Below are positions 1 to 9,833 of a DNA stretch of 64,000 bases, one piece after another. Position 1 is the first letter of the stretch, and each line of letters opens with the position of its first letter. The notes below the pieces were generated by a model, which was given only the letters and a program-made list of their open reading frames with translations, did no database searches and was not told where the DNA came from. The position numbers and the translations under genes were made by a program. The stretch is from Thermodesulfobacteriota bacterium (GTDB taxonomy: Bacteria; Desulfobacterota; Desulfarculia; JACQYL01). The stretch spans positions 992,001-1,056,000 of the forward strand of contig CAXXLZ010000002.1 in the NCBI GenBank assembly GCA_963675595.2, written 5' to 3'.

Positions 1-164
1 ACGAATTCGGCTATCAGGTCCTTTGCTCGAGTCTTCTCATCTTCGGATCGGGCCACACGGCTCTCCGAAATAATGGCGTCCAGCAAACTCGGCGCTTCTG
101 CTGCGGCTTCTTCAACGGCGGTTTGCTCTTCAACAGAGGTCGCCTGCTCTTTTTCGTTGGTCAT
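1..164 (-). CDS. tssC: Type VI secretion contractile sheath large subunit, N-terminal part (runs off window)
   Basis: ATG at 164-162 overlaps the tssB stop (ATGA). Manual translation MTNEKEQATSVEEQTAVEEAAAEAPSLLDAIISESRVARSEDEKTRAKDLIAEF has the SLLD.II motif typical of TssC N-termini. Confidence 0.8.
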   Translation of the reverse strand, partial: MTNEKEQATSVEEQTAVEEAAAEAPSLLDAIISESRVARSEDEKTRAKDLIAEF

Positions 165-703
165 CCCTCAGGTCCTCCCTCATCCGCGGGTTGTTCTTCC
201 TTGGAGTTTCCGTAGCCCGTCTCCTCGCCAAGTTCCCGAAGCTTCTCCGTGCTCAGCACCACATCCTGAAGCAGCTCCTCCAATTTCTCGTTCCCGTGCA
301 TCTTGTTCCTCAGGTCCGAAAGCTTCCGACGCAAGATGAGCAATTTGTTCAAGGGCTCAATCTGTTTAGCCACCTGCTCGGGTTCGAAGTCTTCCATCTT
401 GTCGAAATTGACTTCGATCCCGAGCTTACCCTCTCCGGTCAGTTTGTTGGGCACCGATAATTGCAATCGAGGCTTCATCCCTTTCAATACGTCATCGAAG
501 TTGTCTCGATCGATATTGACAAACTTTCGTTCCTTCATAGGCGGCAGAGGATCCTTGGGTGCTCCCGAGAAATCCCCGACCACTCCGAGTTGAAACGGAA
601 GTTCCTTCTGTTCAATGGCGCCCGCTATCTCCACATCATACGTAATTTGAACACGCGGCGGACGAACACGGTCCAACGTATGCTGAGTACTTTCCTTTGC
701 CAT
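161..703 (-). CDS. tssB: Type VI secretion contractile sheath small subunit
   Basis: MAKESTQHTLDRVRPPRVQITYDVE...ELPFQLGVVGDFSG...ERKFVNIDRDNFDDVL, diagnostic TssB/VipA motifs. Purine-rich RBS before ATG at 703. Confidence 0.95.
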   Translation of the reverse strand: MAKESTQHTLDRVRPPRVQITYDVEIAGAIEQKELPFQLGVVGDFSGAPKDPLPPMKERKFVNIDRDNFDDVLKGMKPRLQLSVPNKLTGEGKLGIEVNFDKMEDFEPEQVAKQIEPLNKLLILRRKLSDLRNKMHGNEKLEELLQDVVLSTEKLRELGEETGYGNSKEEQPADEGGPEG

Positions 704-848
704 AACCACGCCCCTTTGTTGACTTGAAAAATTTGTGCTTCTCTTTGTAAATGATCTTTGAGAATCCGCTCCGAAGTTAATGTGACCATCGGAATCAGTC
801 GTTCACTATAACGCTCCAATTTCCAATCAGGCGATCTCCGTCCCGACC

Positions 849-1982
849 TCACTCCTCCTCGTCCAGCTTTCGAATACCCAATGTTTCGTGCAAATCCCCC
901 AGTACATTGCCGTCTTTAACGACCTCCCCCAGCCACTCTTCAAACGGCATTCGGCCCCATCGTACCGCCCGTTCGATCAAAAACGGCACCGGGCTGTGAG
1001 GTTCACTCTTTCTGAAAAAGGCGGCAATTTCCGACAAACGTCGAAGCGCTTCATCGCGGTCGAGACGATCCGACTTGCGGTCTTCGATTACCGACTCGGT
1101 TGACATTCGGCCCGCCAGTCCCTCCGGTCCTGCCTGTACCTCATCGGATGATGCGTTTTCTGTTGGGTCCGGGGCCGAGAGCCCTCTTTGTCTGGCTATG
1201 GAATCCAGAAGGTCGTTGCATTTCTCCAGAGAGCCCTCGATAGTTCTCAAGGCGGGAGGATCCGCTTTGAATAGGGCATCAACCGATGCCCCGAGTTGCG
1301 AGCAAAGAGCCCTGCACCTGGATACGGATTGCATGATTGAAAAATAAAAAGAAGAGGGCGTGGCTGAAGAGGCTTTTTCAAAGTCCTCGGCGGACACCTT
1401 GCTTTTCTCCGCGAGAAGCTCCTCTCTCTTCCCGGGATTCTTCCTGATGAGCTCTTCCAGATGCCTGGATTCGAACCAATGGGTCCACGCGTAGTTCCTC
1501 TCTCCCGCGGAAGTCAGAGGAATTGTCGAAATCGCCTGCCCCAGATGCTTGTCCAACCACTCCAGTCTCCCGGCTCGGGCTCCCTCATCACCGTCTTCGA
1601 CTATCGGGTGGAAGCAGTCCCAGAAATCGGAAATCATTCGAAGTATCAGCCCAAGGCCTTTCTCGACCCCAGGGAAGCCCTCCAGATAAGTGAGGGACTG
1701 CGCAAGCCAGCATGCGATTTCAAGATCCTTGCTCTTATGACTCAGGACATCAATGGCGAGAGTTCTGACCTTGGACCAATCGGCGACCTTGGTCTCCCGT
1801 TGCCAATCGCCTTGGGGAAGGTCTTCTTCCGAGGTTTGTGCTTCGCGTATGCGGTCGTAATCTGCGGAGAACGATATATCTTCGCCGCAAGGAGTTTCTT
1901 CTGAGATGGGCCGAAGCAACTTATCTACAAAACCACTGGTTTCATCCACTGGGAACAACTCCTCACGTGATGCGGCAAGCAC
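849..1982 (-). CDS. tssA: Type VI secretion protein TssA (ImpA N-terminal domain)
   Basis: LLRPISEETPCGED...YDRIREA...GDW...ADW...SKDLEIACWL and C-terminal R.EAL..L..IA.FF...EPHSPVP.L.ERA.RWG.M motif. Start uncertain (possibly GTG near 1949). Confidence 0.92.
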   Translation of the reverse strand: MLAASREELFPVDETSGFVDKLLRPISEETPCGEDISFSADYDRIREAQTSEEDLPQGDWQRETKVADWSKVRTLAIDVLSHKSKDLEIACWLAQSLTYLEGFPGVEKGLGLILRMISDFWDCFHPIVEDGDEGARAGRLEWLDKHLGQAISTIPLTSAGERNYAWTHWFESRHLEELIRKNPGKREELLAEKSKVSAEDFEKASSATPSSFYFSIMQSVSRCRALCSQLGASVDALFKADPPALRTIEGSLEKCNDLLDSIARQRGLSAPDPTENASSDEVQAGPEGLAGRMSTESVIEDRKSDRLDRDEALRRLSEIAAFFRKSEPHSPVPFLIERAVRWGRMPFEEWLGEVVKDGNVLGDLHETLGIRKLDEEE

Positions 1983-2373
1983 TGGAAGGCGAATACCTTT
2001 TCAAACCCAAGATAGAGCACAATTCCAGGGACACCCGTCATCGTCGAGGCCGTAACCCGACTTCAACACCGGAAAAGATGATATTTTAATGTAAGCTCAA
2101 GTTTTTAGCTCAAAATTAACCCTAAAGGGGCCGATCATCAAATCAGGGCATCAAATAACCTTCAGGACAACGGTCCCATCTATGCCTGAACTTACGGTCT
2201 CTCCGCAATCTTCCGAGCCGGGGATTGCACAGGTTGAGGCTTGCCTCAAATCGATATGTGGAGTTTTGATGCTTTGTTGATGACAGAATCCCTTCATGTC
2301 GTGACAAGAATTTAGAGATATCTTCAGCTCTTCCGGAATGTGTCAATGAAAATGAGACACCTGTTTTCAGAAA

Positions 2374-3369
2374 TTAGACTCTCACGTCATCGCTCGACGG
2401 TTTGTTGATCCACGCGGCCTTGGGCAATTTTGGCGGCTGTGGCACCTTTCCTTTGAAACGGTTGGGGTTGCTCCGGAAGGCAGCCCGAAGAACTTGGCTG
2501 CGACACGCTACAATGTCCTGGGCGAGTCCGTAATGGAGCTGTTCGGGTGTGACCAACCCGATGCCTGAATGCCGATGCTCGGGGTTGTACCAGGAGAAGA
2601 ACTCCCGGCAGAAAGACCGGGCATCCTGGATTGATCCAAACCGTTTCGGGAATTTCGGGCAATACTTGAGGGTTTTAAACTGCGCCTCCGAGTAGGGGTT
2701 ATCATTGCTGACATAGGGTCGGCTGTGGGTCTTGGTCACTCCAAGGTCTCCCATGAACTCGGCTACGGACTTCGCTTTCATCGCCGGGCCTCGATCCGCA
2801 TGGATGATGAGTTGGCCGGACTTGATATCCTGCTTGAAGCACGTCTCTTCGATGAGTTGCCTGGCCAAAGCGGCGCTTTCCCGATGGGCCACCATCCAGC
2901 CGACCACGTAGCGGCTGAAGATGTCCATGATCACGTAAAGATGGAAATAGGTCCACTTCACAGGCCCTTTTAGCTTCGTAATATCCCAGGACCACACTTT
3001 GTTGGGTCCGGTCGCAAGCAACTCGGGCTTTTTATAGACAGGCCGCCGCGCCTGCTTTCTTCGCTCTTTGACATCACCGGATTCCGCTTTGAGAATCCGG
3101 TACATGGTCCGGATAGAGCAGTAGTACTGTCCTTCATCGAGCAAGACGGCAAAGACCTGACGGGGAGCATCATCCTGAAAACGGGAGCTGTTAAGCAGAT
3201 CGACCACGGTTTCCCGCTCCTGGGGGTTCAGAGCCAAGGGAGGCGCCGGCCGAGGTGTGCGGGCCGCCGCCGGCTTCAGGCGGCGATAGAAACTCGCACG
3301 GGGCAGGCCCATGGCTCCACATGCCTGCACGGTTCCCACCTCGGTGCGCAGCTCCATCGCCGCGCTCAT
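2374..3369 (-). CDS. IS3-family transposase OrfB (DDE integrase core)
   Basis: PNKVWSWDIT, DIFSRYVVGW, HADRG, SNDNPYSEAQFKTLK, YN..HRHSG motifs. Confidence 0.93.
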   Translation of the reverse strand: MSAAMELRTEVGTVQACGAMGLPRASFYRRLKPAAARTPRPAPPLALNPQERETVVDLLNSSRFQDDAPRQVFAVLLDEGQYYCSIRTMYRILKAESGDVKERRKQARRPVYKKPELLATGPNKVWSWDITKLKGPVKWTYFHLYVIMDIFSRYVVGWMVAHRESAALARQLIEETCFKQDIKSGQLIIHADRGPAMKAKSVAEFMGDLGVTKTHSRPYVSNDNPYSEAQFKTLKYCPKFPKRFGSIQDARSFCREFFSWYNPEHRHSGIGLVTPEQLHYGLAQDIVACRSQVLRAAFRSNPNRFKGKVPQPPKLPKAAWINKPSSDDVRV

Positions 3370-3857
3370 GAACTGCTCCCGTCGTCGTCCAGGTCCGGCT
3401 GAGCGATCCCCAGTATCTCCGAGATTTTTTTTTGAACTTCGATGATGGTTCGCGCCTGTTTCAGTTGATTCTCGAGACGGCGGTTCTCCCTTTCAAGCCG
3501 GGCCACCCGCTCTGCCATAGGGTTCTTCTGCTTGGGCTTCCGGCCTCGCTTCTTTGGCCCAAGCGCCCTCAACTGCCCCTGGTCACGTTGTCTACGCCAT
3601 GTCGCCAGACTCGAAGAATACAGGCCTTCTCGCCGAAGTAGAGCCCCGAGCCGGCCCGGTTCAGTACACGCATCGGCTTCCTCCAGGATTCTCAGCTTGT
3701 ACCGGGCTGTAAATCTGCGACGAGGCTTCTTCTCTGGAACCTCCGGGTCGGGGACCGTGACGTGCTTCCCGATCGTGGTAACTCCGGTCGTCCTACGGAC
3801 TCCCTCCGTTACCACGATTCCCTCATCCGGATTCTCTTTCTCTCTGTGCCTCATCAT
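3366..3857 (-). CDS. IS3-family transposase OrfA (HTH + coiled coil)
   Basis: RRRFTARYKLRIL...LLRREGLYSS.L..WR and a leucine zipper. A9 slippery run (CAAAAAAAAATC on minus strand, ~3425-3433) suits -1 frameshifting into OrfB. Confidence 0.88.
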   Translation of the reverse strand: MMRHREKENPDEGIVVTEGVRRTTGVTTIGKHVTVPDPEVPEKKPRRRFTARYKLRILEEADACTEPGRLGALLRREGLYSSSLATWRRQRDQGQLRALGPKKRGRKPKQKNPMAERVARLERENRRLENQLKQARTIIEVQKKISEILGIAQPDLDDDGSSS

Positions 3858-4050
3858 GCTCCATCTCCTACCCGCCCTACACTAATTTATCAACGGGTAG
3901 GTGTCTCACTCTCATTGGCACAGAGGGTTCCGAATTGGTTCGAGCTCTCTGAATCCGGTCCGCACGATGTTCTGTTACCAATGCTTTCGGTAGGTGTGAG
4001 CAATTATCTACAGGAGTCTATGTTCAGTCAATAATTTTGTACTTCCATGC

Positions 4051-5308
4051 CATTGCTGTCCCATAAAGATTACCAGAGAGATAGTTGTTTATTATCAATG
4101 GGTTGAGAGTTTGTAGGTTCGAAGAGAGACGTAATATCCCGTAATGAGAAGAGATTCAACTGTAGGAGCCGGATGATGGCCCCGAGGGTTTGGGTCAGTT
4201 TGGCTTTGAATTTGAGGAAGGCAAGGAGGAGATAAACGATCATCGCGACCCACAACTGAGTCAGGACGGCATTAAGAGAAGTTCCCAAGAAGGTCTTCAC
4301 TTTGAGATTCTGCTTGATCCATTTGAAGAAGAGTTCGATTTGCCACCGCTCCTTGTACAGCTCGGCCACGGTTCCGGCCTTGAGATGGAAGGCGTTGGTG
4401 AGGAACCGATACTCCTTGCCGGTCTTCCGATCGTGATATTCCACCAGACGAAGTGGTTCGGTCAGGCCGCCGAGGTATATCTCGCGATCGCTTTTGATCC
4501 CCTCGGCTTTGCGACCACTGCGCTTACGGCCGACCCGGATTTTGGCGTTGCTCTTGAGTCTGGTCACGAAGAACAGGCCATTTTTCATGAGGGAGGCATA
4601 CCAGTCATAGTCGGTGAAACCGCGATCGAAGACAACGAAGGAGCCCTTGGGCAGTTGCAGAGACCTGGCCCTCTTGATTTCATGCCCTTTGCCGTCCGTC
4701 ACCGACAAAAAGGAGGGAAGGTAGCCGTCGGCGTCCAGACCCATGTGCACCTTCACCGCCCCCTTGCTCCGGGTATATTGAGCCCACGGAAAGACGGACA
4801 AGCAGAGTTCAATCATCGTGGCGTCCAGCAGATAGAGCTTGGCTCTGAACTTGAATCGGTTTCCCGGAGCTGAATTGCGACATCGCGTAAGGAGCCTCTC
4901 GAACAGGAGTCGGTAGAGGTCTGCCGGTTGTTTGTCGTTGGTTCGCGCAAGATTCGATCGCGAAAGGCTCCGCATACCCAGATGATACAGTCTTTGCGCC
5001 CGGGCGCCGATGTTGTCCACCAAGTCCCTCAGGCTAACCCGCCCGGAAAGCTGGGCGATGATCAGCGCCATAATTGAGACCATCGGTTGAAACTTCGAAA
5101 ACGGCGTCCAATATGATGCACCTTGGCAAAACTATCGAATTCATGTCTCGGAAGAAATGCAACTACTTGACTTAGGATTGTGTTACGATGTGCCACGGCT
5201 CGGATCCCCTTGTTTTGTTAGTGATTTTTGGCAAAACCATTATAACACAGGGGGCTTCCAGAGCCGTTTCTTATTGATTATCCTTGGTTATTTTGTGGGA
5301 CAGCAGTG
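4051..5308 (-). mobile_element. IS4-family insertion sequence with 9-bp target duplication
   Basis: IRs cattgctgtcccataaa (4051) / cactgctgtcccacaaa (complement, ends 5308). Direct repeat cttccatgc at 4042-4050 and 5309-5317. Confidence 0.92.
4070..5196 (-). pseudogene. IS4-family transposase (DUF4372 + DDE) with 1-bp frameshift near 5072
   Basis: GTG at 5196 gives MAHRNTILSQVVAFLPRHEFDSF...FNRWSQ, then a frame change to MALIIAQLSGRVSLRD. DDE motifs LDAT, FDRG, YKERWQIELFFKWIKQNL. Confidence 0.85.
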
Positions 5309-5537
5309 CTTCCATGCTAACATTTATGTATAAATAAATATGTCCATACGCTATTGTATATATACATAATTTTAAAAAAATAGCGGTTCGCCCTTCCCAA
5401 AGCAAGCCCGATACTGCTTCCGAAGCTTCCAAGCCTACTGAGATTTGTATTATAAAAACAAAACCAGGGGGCAAGTCTATAGGTAGCTCCCGTCATTTTT
5501 CACCTTCACAGCATTTTTGTAACAATATTGAAGTGCC

Positions 5538-6047
5538 TCACACCGAGGCGCCCCCATCCACTCCAACCTGCTCCGCAATCTCGTTCATGCTTTCGAATAC
5601 CCTGATCACTTCCTTGGCGAAGAATTCGTTGTTCTCGATCGAAGGCCTTTGAACGCAACCATCACTCCTCACAACGCTCGCCTGGTAGACCAGCTTGAAG
5701 GCCATTCCGAGCCGAGCCTGCATGGTACGCTCGTCTTTCCATTTCCGTCGCACGACAGTCTTCACATTTTGTGGTGAACTTGGGTCTTCTTTCTCCAGCA
5801 ATTCGTCGATCATCCCCGATGCTTCTTCCAAGGTCAGGCTTTCCAAAGCTCGATCAAATCTGGTCTCGGTTCGATCGATCAGGTCAGCCAAGAACTCGAT
5901 TTGCTTTGGGCTTGCCATTCTACTTACAGCTTCCATTTTCTTTTCCTCCGAGTGAACGGCTTTTGTTGCCCCTCTCCTCAGGTCTTGAGGGAGAGGGGTT
6001 TGACCAATTAATGCAAAGGTCAGCCGTTCCGGCACCAAACTCCCCAT
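5538..6047 (-). CDS. Hypothetical protein next to island boundary
   Basis: 169-aa ORF. Probable real start at MEAVSRMASPKQIEFL. The ASPKQ..FL...EAS.MIDEL pattern resembles small mobile-element proteins; no confident family. Confidence 0.55.
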   Translation of the reverse strand: MGSLVPERLTFALIGQTPLPQDLRRGATKAVHSEEKKMEAVSRMASPKQIEFLADLIDRTETRFDRALESLTLEEASGMIDELLEKEDPSSPQNVKTVVRRKWKDERTMQARLGMAFKLVYQASVVRSDGCVQRPSIENNEFFAKEVIRVFESMNEIAEQVGVDGGASV

Positions 6048-6372
6048 ACAGACTTTTCAAAGGCTATGAGAAAAGAAAGTCACTGGATTAATCGGGTAGC
6101 TCATTGAAATTCAAGGCTTAACCGGCTATACAGGACAAAGGTGTTCTTGAAGGATTGAACTCGAAACGTCACCCGTGAACACGCAATGCCCGCAATGAGA
6201 GTCTTCCTGGATAGCCGCGACTCTGTCGGCATTCCGGTGTGTCATTTGGTGTGTCACTTTTCGGAAAATCGGTAAAAATCGGAATCAAATGCCCGAAATT
6301 AAAAATCGACTAATCCTGTAAAATCAGAAAATTACTCTCAATTGAGGAATTTGGAAACTTGAGAGTTCGGTT

Positions 6373-6417
6373 CTTACAAGCCGGGGGTCGCAGGTTCGAA
6401 TCCTGTCCCGCCTACCA
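6373..6417 (+). other. 3' fragment of tRNA-Val(TAC); putative att site of an integrated element
   Basis: cttacaa-gccgg-gggtc-gcagg-ttcgaat-cctgt-cccgcct-a-cca = anticodon loop TAC, T-arm, acceptor 3' strand, CCA. The 5' half (aggcggg plus D-arm) is absent immediately upstream. Confidence 0.85.
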
Positions 6418-6888
6418 TTGTGAAATCAGAGGGTCGCGCAGGTTAGGCCGCCCCTCCAAACCAATCAATTACAGCATTCCCCAACACTATCCCCCGAATC
6501 CATGCCATATTCTGGGCGGATGACGTTGAATCCCGTCTCCGGCATCTAAGGGCGGCCTCCTCCTGGGTGCCGGCTCTTGCTTCTCTTGGCCTCGTCAACA
6601 GAACCCATAGGTGTGATGATTGTCATTCTCTCCGTAGAATCCGGACAAGCCCGCTTCATCACTGGCACTTGCCGTCTTTGTGGTCTTGATAAAAATGAAT
6701 CTGTACCTGTGAGAAATAATCATTTGCCTTAAGAGGTTGTTTCAGTTCTTTGGTGAAATAGCTTAACTGCTGTCTGATAAAGCTCTTCCTCTTTTTTCAG
6801 AATGGGGCCACAATTATCTTTTCCTGGTTTATTCTCAGGAATGATTCCATTTCTTTCCAGTTGTCATCCATTGTGTGACCGGGGGCTC

Positions 6889-7343
6889 CTAAAGCCTCTT
6901 TAGATGATACGACCTTAGCGCAAAGCCCCTTAGCAATGAATCACCGGATTCCGGCCCTGAAGGCTTCAAGGGATAGGTTCCGGGGACTTCGAACGTGATT
7001 CTCATCAATCCGTTTGGCGGAATGGCGCTTCTTGGGATTCGCATTTTGATGCATTTTCCTGTTAAACGATGGGCCACTGGGTTGCCGTTGGCGAACACCT
7101 TGATCTGAGATAAGACTGATTTGTGGGATGAATTGAATATCTCAATAATTAGATCGTAGTCGCACGAGTTCTCAAGCCTCAAATCAAGATCGGATATGTT
7201 TCCCGGGCCCGACCAGCGGTGGGGAATCCGTTCAGGGTCATGCACATCATGCCATCCGGTCCCACGGATTTCCATACCGGCATCCCAATGGGATTGCTCT
7301 TTTTGTCCAGCCAGGTGATGGATGTAGTTTTTATTAGCTATTT
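6889..7343 (-). pseudogene. C-terminal fragment of a polysaccharide-related protein truncated by IS1380
   Basis: The ORF's first codons lie inside the IS1380 end. The remainder (GTGWH...HRWSGPG...ITFEVP...RGFAL) resembles beta-rich C-terminal domains of glycosyl/sulfotransferases. Confidence 0.45.
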
Positions 7344-9010
7344 CCTGAATCCGTGAATGGGAAACTATGAGGTTAACATGGTTGCCCACATAACTATTTG
7401 ATAAAATGAGTTATTTCTGTAATAGTGTTGCCTGTTATCGATTCACTCAACAGGTGAAGGCTATGCGGAAGATTACCATCGAAAGGTCGGAGACCGAGTT
7501 CTATACGGCGCATTCCGGACTGTCCCTGGCTGGACTCTTGATCAACCACCACACGGAGTTGTGTCGGAAGGCGGATTTGGCCGTACCCGGCATGCCGAGC
7601 GTGTCTCATTCGGATGTGTTGAAGAGCTACCTGGGATTGCTTTGCATCGGCAAAAGCGATTTCGAGGCGGTGGCCGGGATGCGGAGCAATGATTGGTTCA
7701 AAACGGCGTTGGATATCCGGAAGGTGCCGTCCAAAGAGACCTTGCGGCAGCGTTTGGACAAGAACGCTGCGGTGCTTAAGGAACTCGTCAACGGGAGTTC
7801 CATCGAGATGCTCAAAGCGGTGAAGGCGCCGGTTACCGCCGGATCTATGGGACATGTTCCTCTCGATATCGACGTGTTTCCCATGGACAACTCGGAGACC
7901 AAGAAAGAAGGGGTTTCCCGAACCTACCAGGGCTATGACGGGTATGCGCCCATAGCGGCGTACCTTGGCGAAGAAGGTTGGTGCATCGGTCTTGAGCTTC
8001 GTGAAGGCAGCCAACATAGTCAGAAAGGATTTCTTCCCTTCTTGGCTCGGGTGATTCGACGGGCGCGGGAGTTGACGGGAAAAAGCCTTTTGGTGCGCCT
8101 CGATGCCGCCCACTGCGCGTTGGAGACCTTGGCGGCGCTCCGTCAACACAGGAAGGTCTTCTTCGTGGTCAAGTGGAATCCCCGGAAAGAGGACCCTCTG
8201 GCTTGGCGGGACCGAATCTTCGCCGAAGGCAAAGTGAGTGTGCCGCGACCGGGCAAGAAGGTGGCCGTGATGACGGTGCATGAGACGTATGAGGTCCAAG
8301 GGAAGAAGATGCGATTCATGCGGGTGATGCGGGTGACGGAGCGCACCGTGGATCGGCACGGGCAACGGCTGTTGCTGCCGGAGGTTACGTTGGAAGGATG
8401 GTGGACCAACCTGGTTCTGCCCGAGGAACGGATCATCCGGTTGTACGAGAAGCATGGGACGAGCGAGCAGTTTCACAGCGAAATCAAGACCGATCTGGAT
8501 ATGGAACGGCTGCCGTCGGGCAAGTTCGCCACCAACGCCCTGGTGTTGACGTGCGCAGGCATGGTCTACAATATCCTGCGTATTATCGGTCAGTTTGGAC
8601 TGCTCGGCGACCGTTCTCCGGTGCGGCATCCGGCCAAACGCCGCCGCATCCGCACCGTCATTCAGGAGCTCATGACGATTGCGGGTCGATTCATCAGGAC
8701 GGGACGTCGGCTGATCCTGCGCCTGGGTCGCCATTGTCCTGCCTATGAGGCGTTTGTGGATGTGCATTCGCGGCTGTCTCCCGGATAATCCGGGTCCTGA
8801 TGACCCGTTCCGTGGCCGAAACTGGGGCTTGAAAGGATAGCCATGTCCTGACCCGCTGAAAAACTGCTCGTTTGGCCACAATCGGCAGCTGAAGGCATGA
8901 TGACGGCATCAATACGTTCTTGAGCGCCCATCAGACCGGGGCAATCATCCGAAAAAATGCGCTCAGAACTGTGCAAACAGCTCACAGCGAAATTAGTTCA
9001 CTGATTCAGG
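7344..9010 (+). mobile_element. IS1380-family insertion sequence
   Basis: IRs cctgaatccgtgaa (7344) / cctgaatcagtgaa (complement, ends 9010). Single long DDE ORF. No target duplication. Confidence 0.88.
7463..8788 (+). CDS. IS1380-family transposase
   Basis: TAHSGL, LDIDVFPMDNS.TKKEGVSRTY.GYDGYAP, LREGSQHSQ, VRLD, Y..HGTSEQFHSEIKTD, RLPSGKFATN motifs. Confidence 0.93.
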   Translation: MRKITIERSETEFYTAHSGLSLAGLLINHHTELCRKADLAVPGMPSVSHSDVLKSYLGLLCIGKSDFEAVAGMRSNDWFKTALDIRKVPSKETLRQRLDKNAAVLKELVNGSSIEMLKAVKAPVTAGSMGHVPLDIDVFPMDNSETKKEGVSRTYQGYDGYAPIAAYLGEEGWCIGLELREGSQHSQKGFLPFLARVIRRARELTGKSLLVRLDAAHCALETLAALRQHRKVFFVVKWNPRKEDPLAWRDRIFAEGKVSVPRPGKKVAVMTVHETYEVQGKKMRFMRVMRVTERTVDRHGQRLLLPEVTLEGWWTNLVLPEERIIRLYEKHGTSEQFHSEIKTDLDMERLPSGKFATNALVLTCAGMVYNILRIIGQFGLLGDRSPVRHPAKRRRIRTVIQELMTIAGRFIRTGRRLILRLGRHCPAYEAFVDVHSRLSPG

Positions 9011-9189
9011 AATATGTTATTCGTGTTAATGATGCTGGTATCGAATTTTCTACGAGACCTTCGACTTTGTTGGCCTCCGTTAATGTCCGCTTTACTCTTT
9101 CTGATACTGCGTATGAACCTATGTAGGTTTCCTCGCCAATTCTCCCTATATATCTAGGGAACTTGCTATAAACTCAATTTAGGTTTCTT

Positions 9190-9818
9190 ATGAAAATAAT
9201 GGTTGACGGGTATAATCTCAGGTTGACATCAGGCACAGGTGTGGCCACTTACGGTAGAAATCTGATCGGTGCACTCAAAGAACTGGGCCATGAAATTGGG
9301 TACCTCACAGATAGGCGCATCAAACCGGGTCCATCCTCCACCTTGCAGTTCTACTCCGCTCAACCGCGAGTCTCTTACAAAAGCAAATTAGGCTATCTGC
9401 GTCTGGCGAAGGATCTCATCTTTCCAAAAAGACGTCTGAAGTTGCAGGAATTCAATTCAAGACAAACAGCCTTGATTGAATTCAAAGCAATGAGCGAGGC
9501 ATTTCCCGAGTTTGATTTCTTTGCCTCTAGAAGAAACTTGTTTGAGCTTGCTCACGCCTATTTTCGCCTTTTTAAACGGTTTCTTCCCATTAGACTTACA
9601 CAACGCATTGACGTCATGCACTGGACTTACCCGATACCCATTAGAGTCATAGGGGTTAAGAACATTTATACGATTCATGACATTATCCCGCTGAAATATC
9701 CGTTCTTCTCTCCTATCGACCTGGAACTGCACCACAGGATGCTCAAGAGCATTGTTCAAAACTCGGAGTTGATCGTAACCGTTTCGGAACAATCAAAAAA
9801 GGATATCCGCCAATTCTT
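9190..9818 (+). pseudogene. Family 4 (group 1) glycosyltransferase, N-terminal half truncated by IS1
   Basis: MKIMVDGYNL...GTGVATY, DVMHWTYP.P, IYTIHDIIPL, IVTVSEQSKKDI. The C-terminal catalytic domain is missing and the frame ends inside the IS1 end. Confidence 0.85.
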
Positions 9819-9833
9819 GGTACTGTCCCCATA

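Larger units (their letters stand above)
2339..3922 (-). mobile_element. IS3-family insertion sequence
   Basis: Terminal inverted repeats tgtgtcaatgaaaatgagacacct (2339) and the complement of tgtgccaatgagagtgagacacct (ends 3922). orfA/orfB pair inside. No target duplication seen. Confidence 0.88.

Noticed and set aside
6093-6135. cgggtagctca resembling the missing tRNA 5' half (split tRNA idea)
   Set aside because: Only 11 nt match an inferred sequence; the acceptor start and D/anticodon arms do not fit. Too weak to claim.
6342-6417. Complete tRNA-Val gene
   Set aside because: The upstream 31 nt cannot form the acceptor 5' strand (needs aggcggg) or a D-arm; only the 3' fragment is supported.
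7394-8881. 495-aa minus-strand ORF
   Set aside because: Antisense shadow of the IS1380 transposase with no recognisable motifs.
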